The notes under the pieces are model-generated. The model did not search any database, was not told the origin of the DNA, and saw nothing but the letters and a program-made list of their open reading frames with translations. From the NCBI GenBank assembly GCA_000165425.1, contig CT868074.1, forward strand, positions 372,001 through 436,000: 64,000 nucleotides of DNA, read 5' to 3'. Below are positions 27,481 through 42,256 of the stretch, piece by piece (position 1 is the first letter of the stretch; every line of letters starts with the position of its first letter). The position numbers were made by a program, and so were the translations under genes. Origin of the DNA: Paramecium tetraurelia (lineage: Eukaryota).

Positions 27481-30400
27481 ATGAAGTTAGTAATGCTATT
27501 TTTGTTAATGTGTATTTATTTGGTATAGAGTGACACTTCAAACATTAGTTTAGGTTCACCCTGTTAGTGCACACAGTTATTTGAATAAGATTGCTATAAG
27601 AATTAAATTTGTGTTTGGAATAAATTGTAACTAAGATGTGAAATCAAATCAACGACTGAAGAATCAAGCACCAATACTAACACTAAACATTATTCATATT
27701 GTACTAAGTTCGGATCCGACAAATGTTGGGAAACAGACGGATGTGCCTACGTTTTTAATGAATGTGTCTAATTCACATCATGTTCTAGTTATCCTTTTAG
27801 CGTTCAAGCACTTTGCCAAATGGTTTCGAGTAAGTGTATCACTGATGGCGAAAAATGTGTAGAACTTGGAGATTGTTACTAATATTAAACCCCTATATCT
27901 TGTGTAAAAAATTCAAAGGGAAAATATTGTTTTTGGGATCAGTCATGCATAGATGCAACAGATTGTAACAAACTGCCGGTTTCATTCAAGACAGACGCGG
28001 AATGTCGAGAATAACTATCCTATTGCACTGTAAATCCAAGAGGGGGATGTCAAGTGAGTGGATACAATTGCGAAGATCAAGAATTCGAGATGTAATGCTA
28101 TTTTAACTAGAAATTGGGATAATGTGCATGGGTTGATGGAAAATGCAAGGATCGCTCATGTGAAACTGCACCAAAATCTATTAGAACAGATACAGCATGT
28201 TAAGAATATTTCCAGAGTTGTACATTAGAGGCTGAGGGAGGTTGTAGATAAAGAACACAATGTAATGATGTAACATTAAAGGAATCATGTACATACAATG
28301 CAAACGGATCAATATGTTTTTGGAATGAAGGTAAATGTTATGACAAGAACTGTGAAAATGCTCCTTAAAATATCATATGCTCTGAGTTCTTAGAAAAATG
28401 TGTTCCAAAATCTTTAGGAGGATGTATGAGAATCTCTGAATGCTCAAAATATAATTTAAAGGAGAGTTGTGTAATAGATACTTAAAATAATAAATGTTTT
28501 TGGACAGGCAGTTATTGCATCTAATATACATGTCAAAATGCTCCTTTAGATTATGTTACCCATGAACAATGTGCTGCTTACAAAGAAGATTGCACTGTTA
28601 ATAATACAACATTTAAAGGGTGTTCAGAGAGAACATGTGATAATGCTCCCACCACTTCAACAACCTTTTTGTAAACTAATTATGATTGTAATAAATTCAA
28701 AGAAGGTTGCATCACTAAACTTGGAGGAGGATGTAAATAAATAAACGAATGCAGTGATATAGATGTTGAAATTGCTTGTGTGGTAGATAAATATGGAAGA
28801 AATTGTTTTTTTTATAAAAATGAATGTGCTCTAAGAACTTGCGAAAATGCTCCCTTGTCTTTTAATACTCATGAATAATGCTAAGAATTCAATAAGGAAT
28901 GCACAGTAGCAAGAACCTTAGTTGGATGTGTCAAAATGACATGTTAAGTACTCACATCTCAAAATACTTGTAAAGCTGATTCAAGTGGTAATCGTTGTTT
29001 TTGGACTGGCCTTTGCTACTAAAAGACTTGTGCTAATGCTCCATTTGAATATGATACAGATTTAAAGTGCAAGACCTATCTAAGCTCATGCACAATAGCA
29101 AATAGTGGTCGTGGATGCATAACTAGGCCAGCCCTATGCAATCTGTTAGTCCTGGAAGATTAGTGTTATATAACTTCAAGTGGCTAAATTTGTGGATGGT
29201 TCGAAGGAGCATGTTATGACAAAGCCTGTTTTACAGCACCTTATACATCTGACTATGACACCTATGAAGAATGCGAGACTTATTTGGCTGGGTGTACAGT
29301 TGCAAGTGAAGGCAATGGAGGTTGTGTTCTTCTGGATGCATGCACTACTTACACAGCATAAAGAAGTTGTCGATTTAATAATTACAATTAACTTTGTGAA
29401 TGGACTGGCAATGCTTGTTATGATAAATCCTGTACAACAGCTCCTTAAGATGGTGATCATGATACAAATGAGAAATGTGAGGCCTATTTAGTTGGATGCA
29501 TCGTAGCTCCAAGTGGATAGGGATGTGTTTAAAAACCTAATAGTTGTGGATTGATGAGTACAAGTCTTTAATGTACAGAAACCTCAACCAACTCCCTCGG
29601 AGGACCTTGTGTTTGGGTTGGAACTTGTGTTAATAGAACTTGTGCTAATGCTCCAGTTTCGACTAATTATGATACTCATTAAGAATGTTATGCCTTCTTA
29701 GCTACATGTACTGTAGTTCCCACAGGTCTTGGAGGTTGTATGACATAATTGAGCAGTTGTAACTAATATACGACATTTCGATCATGTTAATTGGCATCAA
29801 ATGGCTAGAAATGTGCTTGGTAATATAACTATTGTTATAATCGAATATGTTCATATGCTCCAGATACAAATGAATTCGATTCGGATGCTGAATGCAGTGC
29901 TTTCCTTAATTCTTGCACTGTGGTCAAAAGAATTACTAATTTAGGTTGTACTCCTAGATTAGGTTCTTGTCAAGACCTCACATAGCAGTAATGCATCACT
30001 GATAGTTATGATAATTTATGTACTTGGGATACAACTCTAGCTACACCTAATTGTAAGACTAGATCCTGCTCTTTTATGATTGGGTATGATTTTACATAGC
30101 AAAATTGTAAAAATTGGATATCTGGCTGTGTTGTTGATAATAACTCACCTCATACAAGTTGTATAACTTAGAGAAATTACTGTTATCAATATGGCAATTA
30201 AGATAATTGTGAATATTCTAATATTAACGGATACTGTACCTGGGATGGTTCATCCTGCTCTACCAGAACTTGTTCGACAACTTAGAATATCACTGACTTT
30301 AATCATTCCACTTGTAATACTTGGTTGTCTTCATGCACAGTTGGTCCTCCTACAAGTTGCATTTAGAAACCAACAAATTGTGCTGACTATGTTAATTATG

Positions 30401-33400
30401 ACTAATGTTATAAGAATTATTCAGATTATCCTTGTACTTGGTATAATGATGCCTGTATTGAAAAGACATGTACTAATCATGGCTATGCTGTCACAGTGTT
30501 TAATTAGACTAATTGTAACAATTGGTTATCTTCCTGTTCTGTTAATCCAGGTAACTCTGCTTGTGAAACTACTAGAACATGTGCCAATTATACAGGATCT
30601 ACATTCACACATTCTGATTGTAATACTTGGCTAACTGATTGCACTACAAATGGATCATAATGTGTATATAAAACTTGTACTAATTATGGGTCAAATGTGA
30701 CTACATTTAATAATTCAACATGCTCAACTTGGTTTAATGAGTGTACAAATGATGGATCAATTGCGTGTAAGAGTGCTAGAACATGTACCAATTACGGAAG
30801 CAAAATTACTATATTTAATCATACAAATTGTACAAATTGGCTATCCTCATGTACGAATACAAATACAGCTTGTACAGCTAGAACTTGTACTAATTATGGT
30901 TAGAACATTCTATTCTTCACTCATAATACTTGTAATACTTGGTTATCCTCATGCACTGTCAGTTGGGATTAATAAAGTTGTGAAACTAAAACATGTACTA
31001 ATTATGGTCAATAAATTACTTCTTTTAATAATTCTAATTGTTCAGCATGGTTACCTGAATGTCAATCCAATGTAAATGGAACTGCTTGTGAGTCAACCAA
31101 TACTTGTACTTCTGGAGCATATACTACTGCTGCCAATTGTAGCAGTTATCTCGAATTGTGTACATATGTAAGTGGATCATATTGCACAAATAAGAATTGT
31201 GCATCCCCTTCAGGAATAACAATTTACAATCATAAAACATGCGCCAACTTCTATAAATTGTGTACTAGTAATTCAGCATCTAGTGCTTGTGAGTGGAGAA
31301 ATTGCTATAATCACAAAGGATTTATCTCTTATTTTACTCATGAATCCTGTGAAAATTGGTTATTTTAATGCACAGTCAATAGTACAAATACAGGATGTAC
31401 AGTAAAGACATGCACTAATTATGGTAGTCGTGTCACATCATTTACAAATGCAGATTGCAATAAATGGCACCCCTCCTGTAATGGAGCCTCCACAACATGT
31501 TAAGAAAGTAGAACTTGTACAAGTGCTCCGACAGGTTATCAATATGATCATAGTAATTGTGAGGCTTATTCCTTAAGTTGTACCAAGAATACATCTACAA
31601 CTTGTATGACAAAGACTTGTTCGAAAGCTAGTTTAGTATTTTCAACATTCACCCATGCTATTTGTTCAGAATGGCTCAGTACTTGCACAACTGATGCTAC
31701 AAGTTCTACTTGTACCAGTAGAACTTGCACAAACTATAAGGATTAATTAACCTCAATAAATCATACAACATGCAATGGTTGGTTATCAACTTGTACTAGT
31801 AATGTTGCAGGTACTGCCTGTGAAACCAAAAGCTGTTACAATCATGGAACTTAAGTAACAGTAATAGACAATACAAATTGTAATATTTGGAAGAGTGGTT
31901 GTGTTGGAGGAGGATCTACTTGCAGGGATTCTACAAATACATTATGTGGAGCTTTTTCAGGATCTATTACTCATGCAAATTGTACAGGTTATTTAAGTAC
32001 ATGCACAAATTCTGGAACCACAAAATGTATAGTTAGAACTTGCTAATTAGCATCTTAGGGTATCACAATATTTAATCATTAAAAATGTACTGAATGGTAT
32101 TTGGAATGCACAGCTAACTCAGATGGTTCTGGATGTTAATATAGAACATGTTATAATTATGGAGATTATATAACTACATTTACAACAGCTACTTGCTCGA
32201 ATTGGCTATATGGTTGCAATGTTAATTCAACAAATGATGGATGCATTAGCGAACGTACATGTTCTAATTATGGATCTTATATCAAAGAATTTACTCATGA
32301 TAATTGCAGTATTTGGCTGAGTACATGCACAGTTAATGCTGGTGCCTCAGCTTGTATTGATAAGACATGCACAAATTATGGAAGTAATGTGACTGTGTTT
32401 GATTACACTAATTGTAATGCTTGGCTGGATGGTTGTACTGGAACAGGCAGTGCATGTGAAGCTAGATCTTGTAGTAATTCTCCAACAGGAATCGGTTCTT
32501 ATACTGAGGCCAATTGTTAGAAATGGTATTCATATTGCAAGGTGAATGACTCTCTTACTAATTGTATAAGTACACGTACCTGTACTAATTATGCAGGTAA
32601 CATTACTACATTCAATCATACCAATTGCAATTCTTGGTTATCAGATTGCACTGTCTCAGCAAATGGACTCACTTGTGAAACTAAGACTTGTACTAATAGT
32701 AATTTAACTGCAGGCAATTTCAATTTAAATAATTGTAATTCATGGCTATCTGGATGCATTGCTAATTAAGCAGCAAATAATTGTGAGACTGTTAGAACTT
32801 GTGGTAATGCAATTTCAAATTTAACTACTTTTACTTTAGCCACCTGTTCAGGTTGGTTAAGCACTTGCACATACAATAAAGCTGGAACTGTTAGTACTGG
32901 AACTTATTGCATTGAATATATATGTGCTAATGCATAATTAACTAGTTTCACTCATAACAACTGTTAGAATTACAAGAACACTTGCACAGTGAATTCTAGT
33001 CATAATGGATGCACTGATTTCACTTGTTCAAATGCAGTAAACTCTGTATCCTCAATCTCGCATTGGAATTGCAAATCCTATAAAGCATCGTGTACAGTAA
33101 ATAACGCTTATAACAATTGTGAGGATATGACTTGCAGCAATGCTTCTCGTACTTTATAGTATTACATAAGTTGGGGTGATTATGCTCATTCCGATTGTTA
33201 GGGATGGCTATCATCTTGTACCATCAATAATTCAGCAAGTGGATGTGAAACAATGACTTGTTCAAATGCATCATACACTCAAAGTATAAATCAATGGTAT
33301 AGTTGTACAAACACTTGGATGTCTACTTGTGAGTTACACACCTCGAATTCTTATTGCCTCTAAAAAACTTGCTCCACTTATAGGGGAACATTATCTGCTG

Positions 33401-36400
33401 CAAATTGTAGTAGCTATTTAGCAGGATGCACCTATTATGGAAATTATGATAATACTTCTACTTGCACAGATGTTGTTAGAAACATGTGCTAGTGCAGTTA
33501 CAGCTCATAATAGTGGTTATAACGTTGTTAATTAGGCAGGATGTGATTTATGGAAACCCAATTGTGCACATAGAGGCTCTGGGTATTATGGTTGTGAAGA
33601 AAGATCGTGTTCAAATTATGTCAGTGCAAATCAATCTAATCCTTCATCCTATTCTTAATGTAACAATTGGTTGTCAAAATGCACTTATGATAGTGTAAAT
33701 TAAGTATGTGTTGATAAAGCTTGTTCTAACTTCTCTTAATCTTCACCATCCTTTTTAAATTGTTAAGCCTGGAATTCTATTTGCACAGTTAATTCGACAA
33801 ATACAGGTTGTGAAAAGAGAAATTGCACTAACTATTCATATGTTTATCAAGTCTTTAATGATACTAATTGTTCAGGATGGTATTCTAATTGTAAAGCAAA
33901 TTCCTCAAAGACTGCCTGTGAAGCAAGTTGCACTACAACGACTGGTATTTCTACATTTAATTTTGCAAATTGTCAAGATTGGGATACTATGTGCTCTGTT
34001 AAAAGTGATAATACCAATTGTGAAAAAAGAAGTTGTACAAACCCTTAACTAGCATCCTACACTGATACTACATGTTCAGCTTGGTTGCAAACTTGCACAA
34101 ATAATGGTACTACAAGTTGCAAGGATAAAACATGTTATAATTATTCCACTAATCTATTAACTTACTCTTCGAGCACTTGTGAAACTTGGTTATCAGTGTG
34201 CACTAATTACAAGACCTTAGGTTGTATGCCTAAAACTTGTGATAATTTTACTGGTGTAGTTACAGATAGTAATTGTTCAACTTATCTATCATATTGCTTA
34301 GCGAATACCACGAAAACAAAATGTGTAACTAGAAGAACCTGTACTAATCATGGGTCTTCTGTTACAACATTTACACATGTAAATTGTGAAACCTGGAATA
34401 GCAATTGCACTAGTAATAATTTGAACAATGCATGTGTTGAAAAGACTTGCAGTAATATAAGCACAAGCGCTGTAATATAAATAAACTTATATACATGTAC
34501 TGCTTGGAAATCTACTTGTGCTTATATAAATGGAAGTTGTGTAGATAAGACTTGTAGCAATTCAGGTTTGGTTGGCACTGATGTCACACTGGCAAATTGT
34601 AGTGATTGGTTACCATATTGCAAAGCTAATAATGCTATTTGGCCATAATATTGTGAATTAAAGACTTGCTAAAATCATTCTTTGGGAACAACAAACTAAG
34701 CCAATTGTTAGAGTTGGTTGTCTTATTGTAGAGTAAATTCAGCAGGAACAGCTTGTATGACTGATCGTACTTGCAGTAATTATGGGATTAGTATAATAAC
34801 ATTCAATCACATCAATTGCGAAGCGTGGTCATCTTATTGTACTGTGAACACCACAAATAATGGATGTATGAATAAGACTTGTTTTAATACTAATTTGAGT
34901 GTGTTTAATGATCAAACCTGTGGGTAATGGTTAAATACCTGCAAAGCCAATTCCACCAATACTGGATGTGAAATAAGGACATGTACAAATTATGGGAGTT
35001 AATTAACCAGTTTCACTTCTGCGACTTGTTCATATTGGTTATATTAATGTACTAATAATGGATCCACAGCTTGTAAGACAAGTAGAACATGTACCAGTTA
35101 TAGTAATTTAATATAAACTTTCACATTGTAGACATGTTCAGAATATCTGAGTTCATGTGTTCCTGATCCTACTCAATCATCTTGTGTAGATAGAACTTGT
35201 AAAAATGCATAAGGGTTGCCTTCGTATACACTTTAAAATTGTTCAAATTGGATGAATAGTTGCACGGTGAATTCAACTAATGATGGTTGTATTGACAGAA
35301 CATGTTAAAATGCATCTCTATCATACTACAATTATAGTAGTTGTTCTAATTGGTTAAGTTCATGCACTGTAAATGGTACTAATGATGGTTGTACTGCTAA
35401 GACTTGTAGTAATAGCACTATCACTTAATTTACATAAGCCAATTGCACAGCTTGGTTAAGTACTTGTACAAATGGTACGAATTCATGCATTAATAAGACA
35501 TGTGCCAATTATACAGGTACAATCAATTAGACTAATTGTGTAGCATGGTTATCTTATTGTTATGCTGATTCTGGAACTCCAACATAATGCTCTAGTTTGA
35601 GGAATTGTTATAATCATAATTTAAGTACATTTACTGTTAGCACGTGCAGTTCATGGTCTCCATTATGCACAGTGAATACCACGAATGATGCATGTACCGA
35701 AAAGACTTGTTATAATTATGATTTAACAAAGTTTAGTCATTCACTTTGTTAAGATTGGTTATCAACTTGTACAGTCAATATGGATGGAACTGGATGTGAA
35801 ATTAGATCATGTACAAATTACGGAAACAACATAATCTTATTTACTAATGCCAATTGTTCTGGATGGTAGAAATATTGTAAGGCAACATATTTGGGTAATG
35901 CATGTGAACCATACACTTGTTGGAAGAATAATGTAAGTGTATTCAATCATACTAATTGTTATAACTATTTAGATTAATGCACTGTTGCAGATTCAACATC
36001 TTGTGGATCTACAAGAACATGTACTAATCATGGAAATGCAGTGACCATTTTTAATCATGCTAATTGTTAATATTGGTTAACTAAATGCACTGTAAATGCT
36101 GCAGGAACTGCATGTGAGGAAATGACATGTGAAAATCATGGAGTTTAAATTTCTAAATTTACTCATGTAAATTGTCAAAATTGGATGTTTGATTGCACTG
36201 TTAATTCAACTGGAACAGATTGTGAATTGAAAACATGTTCAAATTATGGTGCCAATGTAGTTGTTTACACTCATGCTAATTGCTTAGCTTGGTTATCCAT
36301 ATGCACAGCCAATTCAACCAATAGTGCTTGCATTAATAAAACATGTCTAAATACTACTGGTATCAGCACATGGTCATAAGCCAATTGTGAATCATGGTTG

Positions 36401-39400
36401 AGTGTCTGTTAATTAAGTAAACCTAGCACTTGTTAAAATAATCTCAGTAATTGCTCATCTGCAACATATAACCAGTGTGTTAAAGATAATAATAATGATG
36501 TTTGTGTATGGCATCAGAATGCATGTAAGGATAGGGCATGTAATAACTTCACTGGAACAGCCAATCATACTAATTGTGAAAATTGGTTAAGTAGTTGTAC
36601 TGTCAATACAACTAATAATGGATGTGTCACTAAACCTACTAATTGCACTACAGGGGGTGTCACTCAAAACTAATGTATTGTCAGTAATTCTGGGGTTAAA
36701 TGTTCTTGGATTGCTAGTTCCTGTGTAACTAGAACATGTACATAATATTTTGGTACATTTAACCATGCTAATTGCAATAGTTGGTTAAGTACATGTACTG
36801 TTAATAGTGCATCGACTGCTTGTTAAACTTTATCATCCTCATGTTCTTCATATACTATTTAGGATTAATGTAATTTTACTAACTCTAGCACAGTTTGTTT
36901 TTGGGTTAATAATGCTTGTGTTAATAGAACATGTGACCATGCTCCACAAACAACTGCTTATGATGATCATAATGAATGTATCAATTTTTTGAATACATGT
37001 ACTGTTGCTAGATTTGGAGGATGCACAGATAAATTATCAACATGTTCATCATACAAATAGTAATCATAGTGTTACTAGAGTTCATTAGGAGTTAAATGTT
37101 ATTGGAATACTCTAACATCTTTATGTGCAGATGCTATTTGCACAAATGCTTTATCCACACTAACCACACATGCAGATTGTTAAAGTTTCTTGAATACTTG
37201 CACAGTAAATACTCCAGGAGGTTGTATTCCACTTGTAGCTTGTAATCTATATACAACAGCACTCTCTTGTGTTATATCTAATACAGGAGATACTTGTGAA
37301 TGGCAATCAGGAACTTGCAATATAAAATCTTGTACAACTGCTGCATTGGATGCCACAAGAGATACTCATGAAGAATGTCAAAGTTATCTACCATATTGTA
37401 CAGTTGCTGCTGCTGGAGTTGGTGGATGTGTTCCACTAAATGATTGTAATACCTATACTTCAGAGAGATAATGTAAAATCAATGCAAGTGCTTTATTGTG
37501 CGGATGGAATGGCTCAGTGTGCGCGAATAGATCATGCTCCACTGCTCCTCCAACTGTAACATACAGTAATGATAGCGCATGTGAAGATTATATGGATGGG
37601 TGTACAGTAGTGGAGACTGGATATGGTTGTCAATCTAGAAAATCAGAGTGTTCTGATTATTCAGTAAGTAAATAGTGTGTAAAAACAATCACAAATTAGT
37701 TGTGCTATTGGAATAAGGAATTGCCAATTCCAGTTTGTGAGATTAGAACATGTTATAATGCACCTAGTAATTCTCTTACTCCTGCCTTATGCGAATAGCA
37801 CTTCAATCTATGCTATTCCAATATGCAATATTGCAGACTCGAAGAATGCGAAGACCTTCAAATGACTACAGATTTTGATTGTAAATATTACAACAGTAAA
37901 TGCACTACTAATGGTACTCACTGTGTAGTCAGAAAGAAATGTTAAGATGTATAGAGTAGTGCAGGTTGTGTTATGGATGATTAATTCAATGAATGTGAAT
38001 GGTTCAATTAAGAATGCGTATTAAAGACCTGTTATACTGCTCCAGAATTTACTACTGAGTAGGAATGCAATCTCTATAAATAAGGCTGCACAACTAAATT
38101 ATTTGGTGGTTGTAGGTAAAAGACTACTTGTTCAGAAGCTAATGTCGAGTAAGCATGCACTACCTCCATCACTGGCGAAATCTGTGTTTGGAATTAGGGT
38201 ATTTGCAGATCTCAAAGATGTGAGGATTTTGACGGTAGCTATGATGAAATTTGTGATGCCTAGAAAAAAGGATGTGTCAGTGATGGAACCTAATGCATTT
38301 TACCAAGGCTTTGCTCTTAAATACTAGTCAAAGAAAAATGCGTTAAAGGTCTCGATGGACCATGTGTATGGTATGAATTGGGTTGCTCACTCTTTCTCTC
38401 TTGTTCAAGTGTTCAAAGCAATTTAGATAGAATTTGTAAATCTGCAAATAGGTTATGTACTACCGATGGACTCAAATGTGTGGGATTGGAGAAATGTGCT
38501 AATTATAGATTATAAGAGGCTTGCAAAGTTGGATTAGATGGAAATTGCTAATGGATTGAATCTTAACAGAAATGTCTATTGTTTGCCAAATGTTCTGATT
38601 TACCTTTTCTAACTCACGACGAGTGTTAAAAATCATCATCTAAGTGCACTACAGATACTTTGAATGGGTGTGTTAATTTAGAATAGTGTTTCAATTACAC
38701 ACAAAAAGAGCAATGCAAAATCAGTTCCTAACCACAAAAAATACAGAACAATTAAGTAATCTAAACAGGATATTGTGCTTGGGTCAATGGCAAATGTAGG
38801 GATCAATTATGTGAAGATCTAAGTGGTGAAACACATGAGTAATGTCAAGCCAAACTCAAAGGATGCACTTCAGATGGAACCAATTGTGTTACCATGCAAC
38901 CTTGCTCTTAATATACTAATATTATTACCTGCAATCTTGCATTAGGAACTGATGGGAAATGCCTATTTTCTACTGCTGGTTGCAGAACTCTCGAATGTGC
39001 TGACATCAAAGATGGAACCAATCATTTTACTTGTTAGAACTTCAATTCTACTTGCGTTTCTAATGGGGATAAATGCATATCCTAAGTCAAATGCGAGTAT
39101 TATCCTAATTAGCTCGCCTGCACTTATAGAGGATTAGATGGACAATGTGCTTGGGATGGAACCAAATGTTCATTGATGAAATCTTGTTAGGATGCAAATA
39201 ATGATATGGTAGCCTGTCTAAGAATGAATGAATTTTGTAATTGGGTCTCGTATGCTAATGGAGCTTCCTCATGCCTCGCTCACACTTGTTAAACCAAAGG
39301 AGTTCTCAATCAATGCAAATATATCAAAGATTTCAACAGTTCAACCATAACTACTTGTTTATGGTTAAATGATTCATGCTAAGCTGTTGATCCTCGAAAT

Positions 39401-39568
39401 CTATTAAGTTCTGAATGTAATGTTAACACTTTAAATACTTATCGATGGAATCCAGTAAACAATACCTGTGAGTTATGTTCTCCTTCAGAAGTTAACAATA
39501 CCAACACCCCAGTAGTCAACTATCTTTAATTATTATCGATCGTGATAATATAAGCAATAATATATTGA
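27481..39568 (+). CDS. Giant Cys/Thr/Ser/Asn-rich Paramecium surface-antigen-like protein (~4030 aa) with a +1 frameshift at ~33481
   Basis: Signal peptide MKLVMLFLLMCIYLVQS. CFW....C..KTC.NAP...T..EC..Y...CTV....GC periods. Hydrophobic GPI-signal-like end (YLQLLSIVIIQAIIY*). Frame 1 to 33480, frame 2 from 33482. Length 12088 nt = 3n+1. Confidence 0.85.
30400..36800 (+). repeat. Degenerate coding tandem repeat, ~36-40 aa unit with 4 Cys
   Basis: Recurrent K/RTCTNYGxxxTxFNHxNCxxWLSxCTVNxxxxxC units. Roughly 50-60 copies, estimated from span divided by unit length. Confidence 0.85.
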
Positions 39569-39620
39569 AAAAATATTCATCATCAAATATATATTCATTA
39601 TTTATATTTAATTAACTGTT

Positions 39621-40652
39621 ATGTATTTACCCAGACCTTTGTAGCATTATTATCCAACTCAATACCCAACATTACCAGAAATTCCTTAAAGGGAACAACC
39701 TAAGTTGATTTATGACTCAAGATATGAAGTAGAAGATAAGTATTACAGAAACTAGATCTAAAACTAAGAGGATTTCGCTTAATCTCAATAAGAATATTAA
39801 AAAATGGAGAAAACTTATAAAAAATACAATGGATATTAATAAAATCCTGCTTCTTTGAATTAAACATACAGCAATAAACAAAGTAGCAATTAGCAATAAT
39901 AACCTCCTATCTCAGAAAGATATAATCAAATAACAGATTCAGATATTAGGTTCGTCTCATATATATTTTAAGAGGAAATACAATTTAGAAAAGAATTTGT
40001 ACAGATCAATAAAAAATTAAAATAACACAACCCAAACTTATTGTCATTATTTTATATATTTACATCTGATAATCATTATGTAATAACTCATTTTAATTCT
40101 AGAAAATTGAAAAGTTTAAATTTTTGGAAGTGTTGTAATCCTACCAGGATGATGTAAAGGTTTGTGATTTGGAATTATTGTTCAATTATTTAAATAATTG
40201 GAAGCGCTCATAATCTATTACTTATGGCCAATTTTTACAACTAATCGTGCCTTATGTTAAGTACGAATAAATGCCTGATCCAGCAGACCTAAAGTATCAA
40301 TAGGATTAGCCTACACAAGAATAAATGGAAATATTTTGTAGGTTAATTAAAATGAAATTGTAAATGATGTCCACCCTTGAGTACTACAGACAAAAGATTG
40401 ATAAATCTCTAATTAATTTAGTACAAATTTTTGAATTCATAGACTAAGACAAGGATGGATTGATCAAAGCATTTGAAATCACTAAACTGTTATGTAATAA
40501 AATAAAATTATAATTACCTAGAATAGTTTGGTTATTTGGTTACAGTTGAAGAGGCCTAGTTAGTGTTGTAAGATATAGATGAAAGAGGATAAATAAATAT
40601 TAATTAATTTGTCCACTACTACAAACCAAAATCTTAGGCTATTTATTTATGA
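39621..40652 (+). CDS. Protein with degenerate EF-hand-like pairs
   Basis: ITYGQFLQLIVP, FEFIDQDKDGLI, VLQDIDERGQININQF. Several introns. TGA at 40650-40652. Confidence 0.6.
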
Positions 40653-40798
40653 TATATAATTATTAGACTTTTAAATTACATTACTTATTTCATCAATTTA
40701 CAATATTACTACTATGAAATAGTTGATGTAGGATTTAGTTTCATAAAACTGCTTTTTTAAGAAAGGCCATTAATTAATAGCAAACATACATAATCTAA

Positions 40799-41618
40799 TC
40801 AATCAGGCAGTATATTTTATGTTGAGAGTTCTCCATGTTGGTTAATAAATTCAAGGATTTCTGCAAATTGCCTTCGTTCAGGTTAGTATTTTGGTATATC
40901 TTCTCTACTCGTATAAAGTCCCAAAGGAGCAATTCTATTTGATTGCAATGGAATGAACTCGTCGTACTCCTTTCCCCATCCGTCATAATGAATGAATAGT
41001 TCCTTTTTACCAATTTATTATATTGTTGCTACGCACCATATAAATTATTAATCCATTATATCAACTTTTTAGTCGATTGCCATATTATCTACTCTAATGG
41101 AGAAATATTTGAATACAATTTAGATTTATTCCATTATTCCATCTCCTATCGTCTATTCTAAAAATGTTCTATTTATGCTTTATCTCCATATTAATTAACT
41201 AGATCGACGATTCTATTATCAAAACTTTCACAATATTAGAATGAGTGTGTTTTAATTTTCACTCGACAAACAGGACATTCCTGTTATTAAAATAACTATA
41301 TACTGCTTTCCTCATTAGACTATCAAATATGCACATCTCACAAAATGCATGGCCGCATTATGTAGTTGTAACTTTTTGAAAGATTTCCAGACAAATTGGG
41401 CAAATCAAATCTTCAAATTTAGGCCTAGAATGTTGTTGTAATTTAATTTCTAAGAGAAAATTATTTAAGTGATTTATACTTTTCCTTCTTTCAGTGTAAT
41501 TTTATTTGATATTTTCTCTTTTCCGCATCTTCTTTAAAAAGGTTTCCTACAACATATTTTTGTTGATCAATTATAAATCTGCTACTTATTCAATATGTTC
41601 TTCAGATGCATGAATCAT
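40799..41618 (-). CDS. RING-HC E3 ligase with C-terminal Tudor-knot/MBT-like domain
   Basis: [25 protein letters not shown]...CPVCR, then KVDIMDQQFIWCVATI...LFIHYDGWGKEYDEFIPLQSNRIAPLG. Confidence 0.85.
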
Positions 41619-41767
41619 TAAATTATTATAAACAATTAAATAATTTAATCAATCATTAAATTAAAAATGTCTTATACAGAATGGCAGTCCTTGATTAATG
41701 ATTCCTTTCATTTTAAACCTTCAACAAGATGATATGTTTATATATAATTTAAAAGGCAAAATTTAAT

Positions 41768-42175
41768 TCATTATTAATGTTCAATAATTCTTACTTGCTT
41801 TTTGCCTCTGATAATTCTTAAGAATTCTGACAATTTATCACTCTCTTGCTCGGAATCTTTGGGATTCAATTACATATAATTAGGAGTTTGTTATCTCAAT
41901 TGCATCTAGGTTTATTTTAGACTTGCTCTAATTTAATAAAACAATAAAAATTACGCTCGTTGAGTATGTATAGTTGGGATACGATAAGTGTCAGCAAATT
42001 AGTCAAAATAATGACTTTCATATTCCTTTAAGTCTTTTTAATAAATGTATTTTATTTTTTAAACTTTTGTTGGGCTTTAAAATTTAATACGAAAACTGGG
42101 GCTCATCCTCAATGGTGTATAAGGCTACTAGATTTTTTCGTTTATTTTGAGTTCAAATTACTTTTATCTTTTCAT
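41768..42175 (-). CDS. Small hypothetical protein
   Basis: MKRQKQFELKINEKIQQPYTPLRMSPS..., one intron, ends KKQVRIIEHQQ*. Confidence 0.6.
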
Positions 42176-42256
42176 TTTATATTAATTTATAATAATAAAA
42201 GTCAAAACCTAAAACTTATTTCACAAAATTATTTATAAACTTTATAACTTTATAGA

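Noticed and set aside
33486..33513. Cryptic 22- or 28-nt intron explaining the antigen frameshift
   Set aside because: Weak GTG donors, GC content unlike the other introns here, and removal would break the RTC cysteine register. Not fully excluded without RNA data.
30400..36800. Periodic repeats as CRISPR array or satellite
   Set aside because: Degenerate, codon-structured protein repeats with no invariant repeat/spacer pattern, in eukaryotic DNA.
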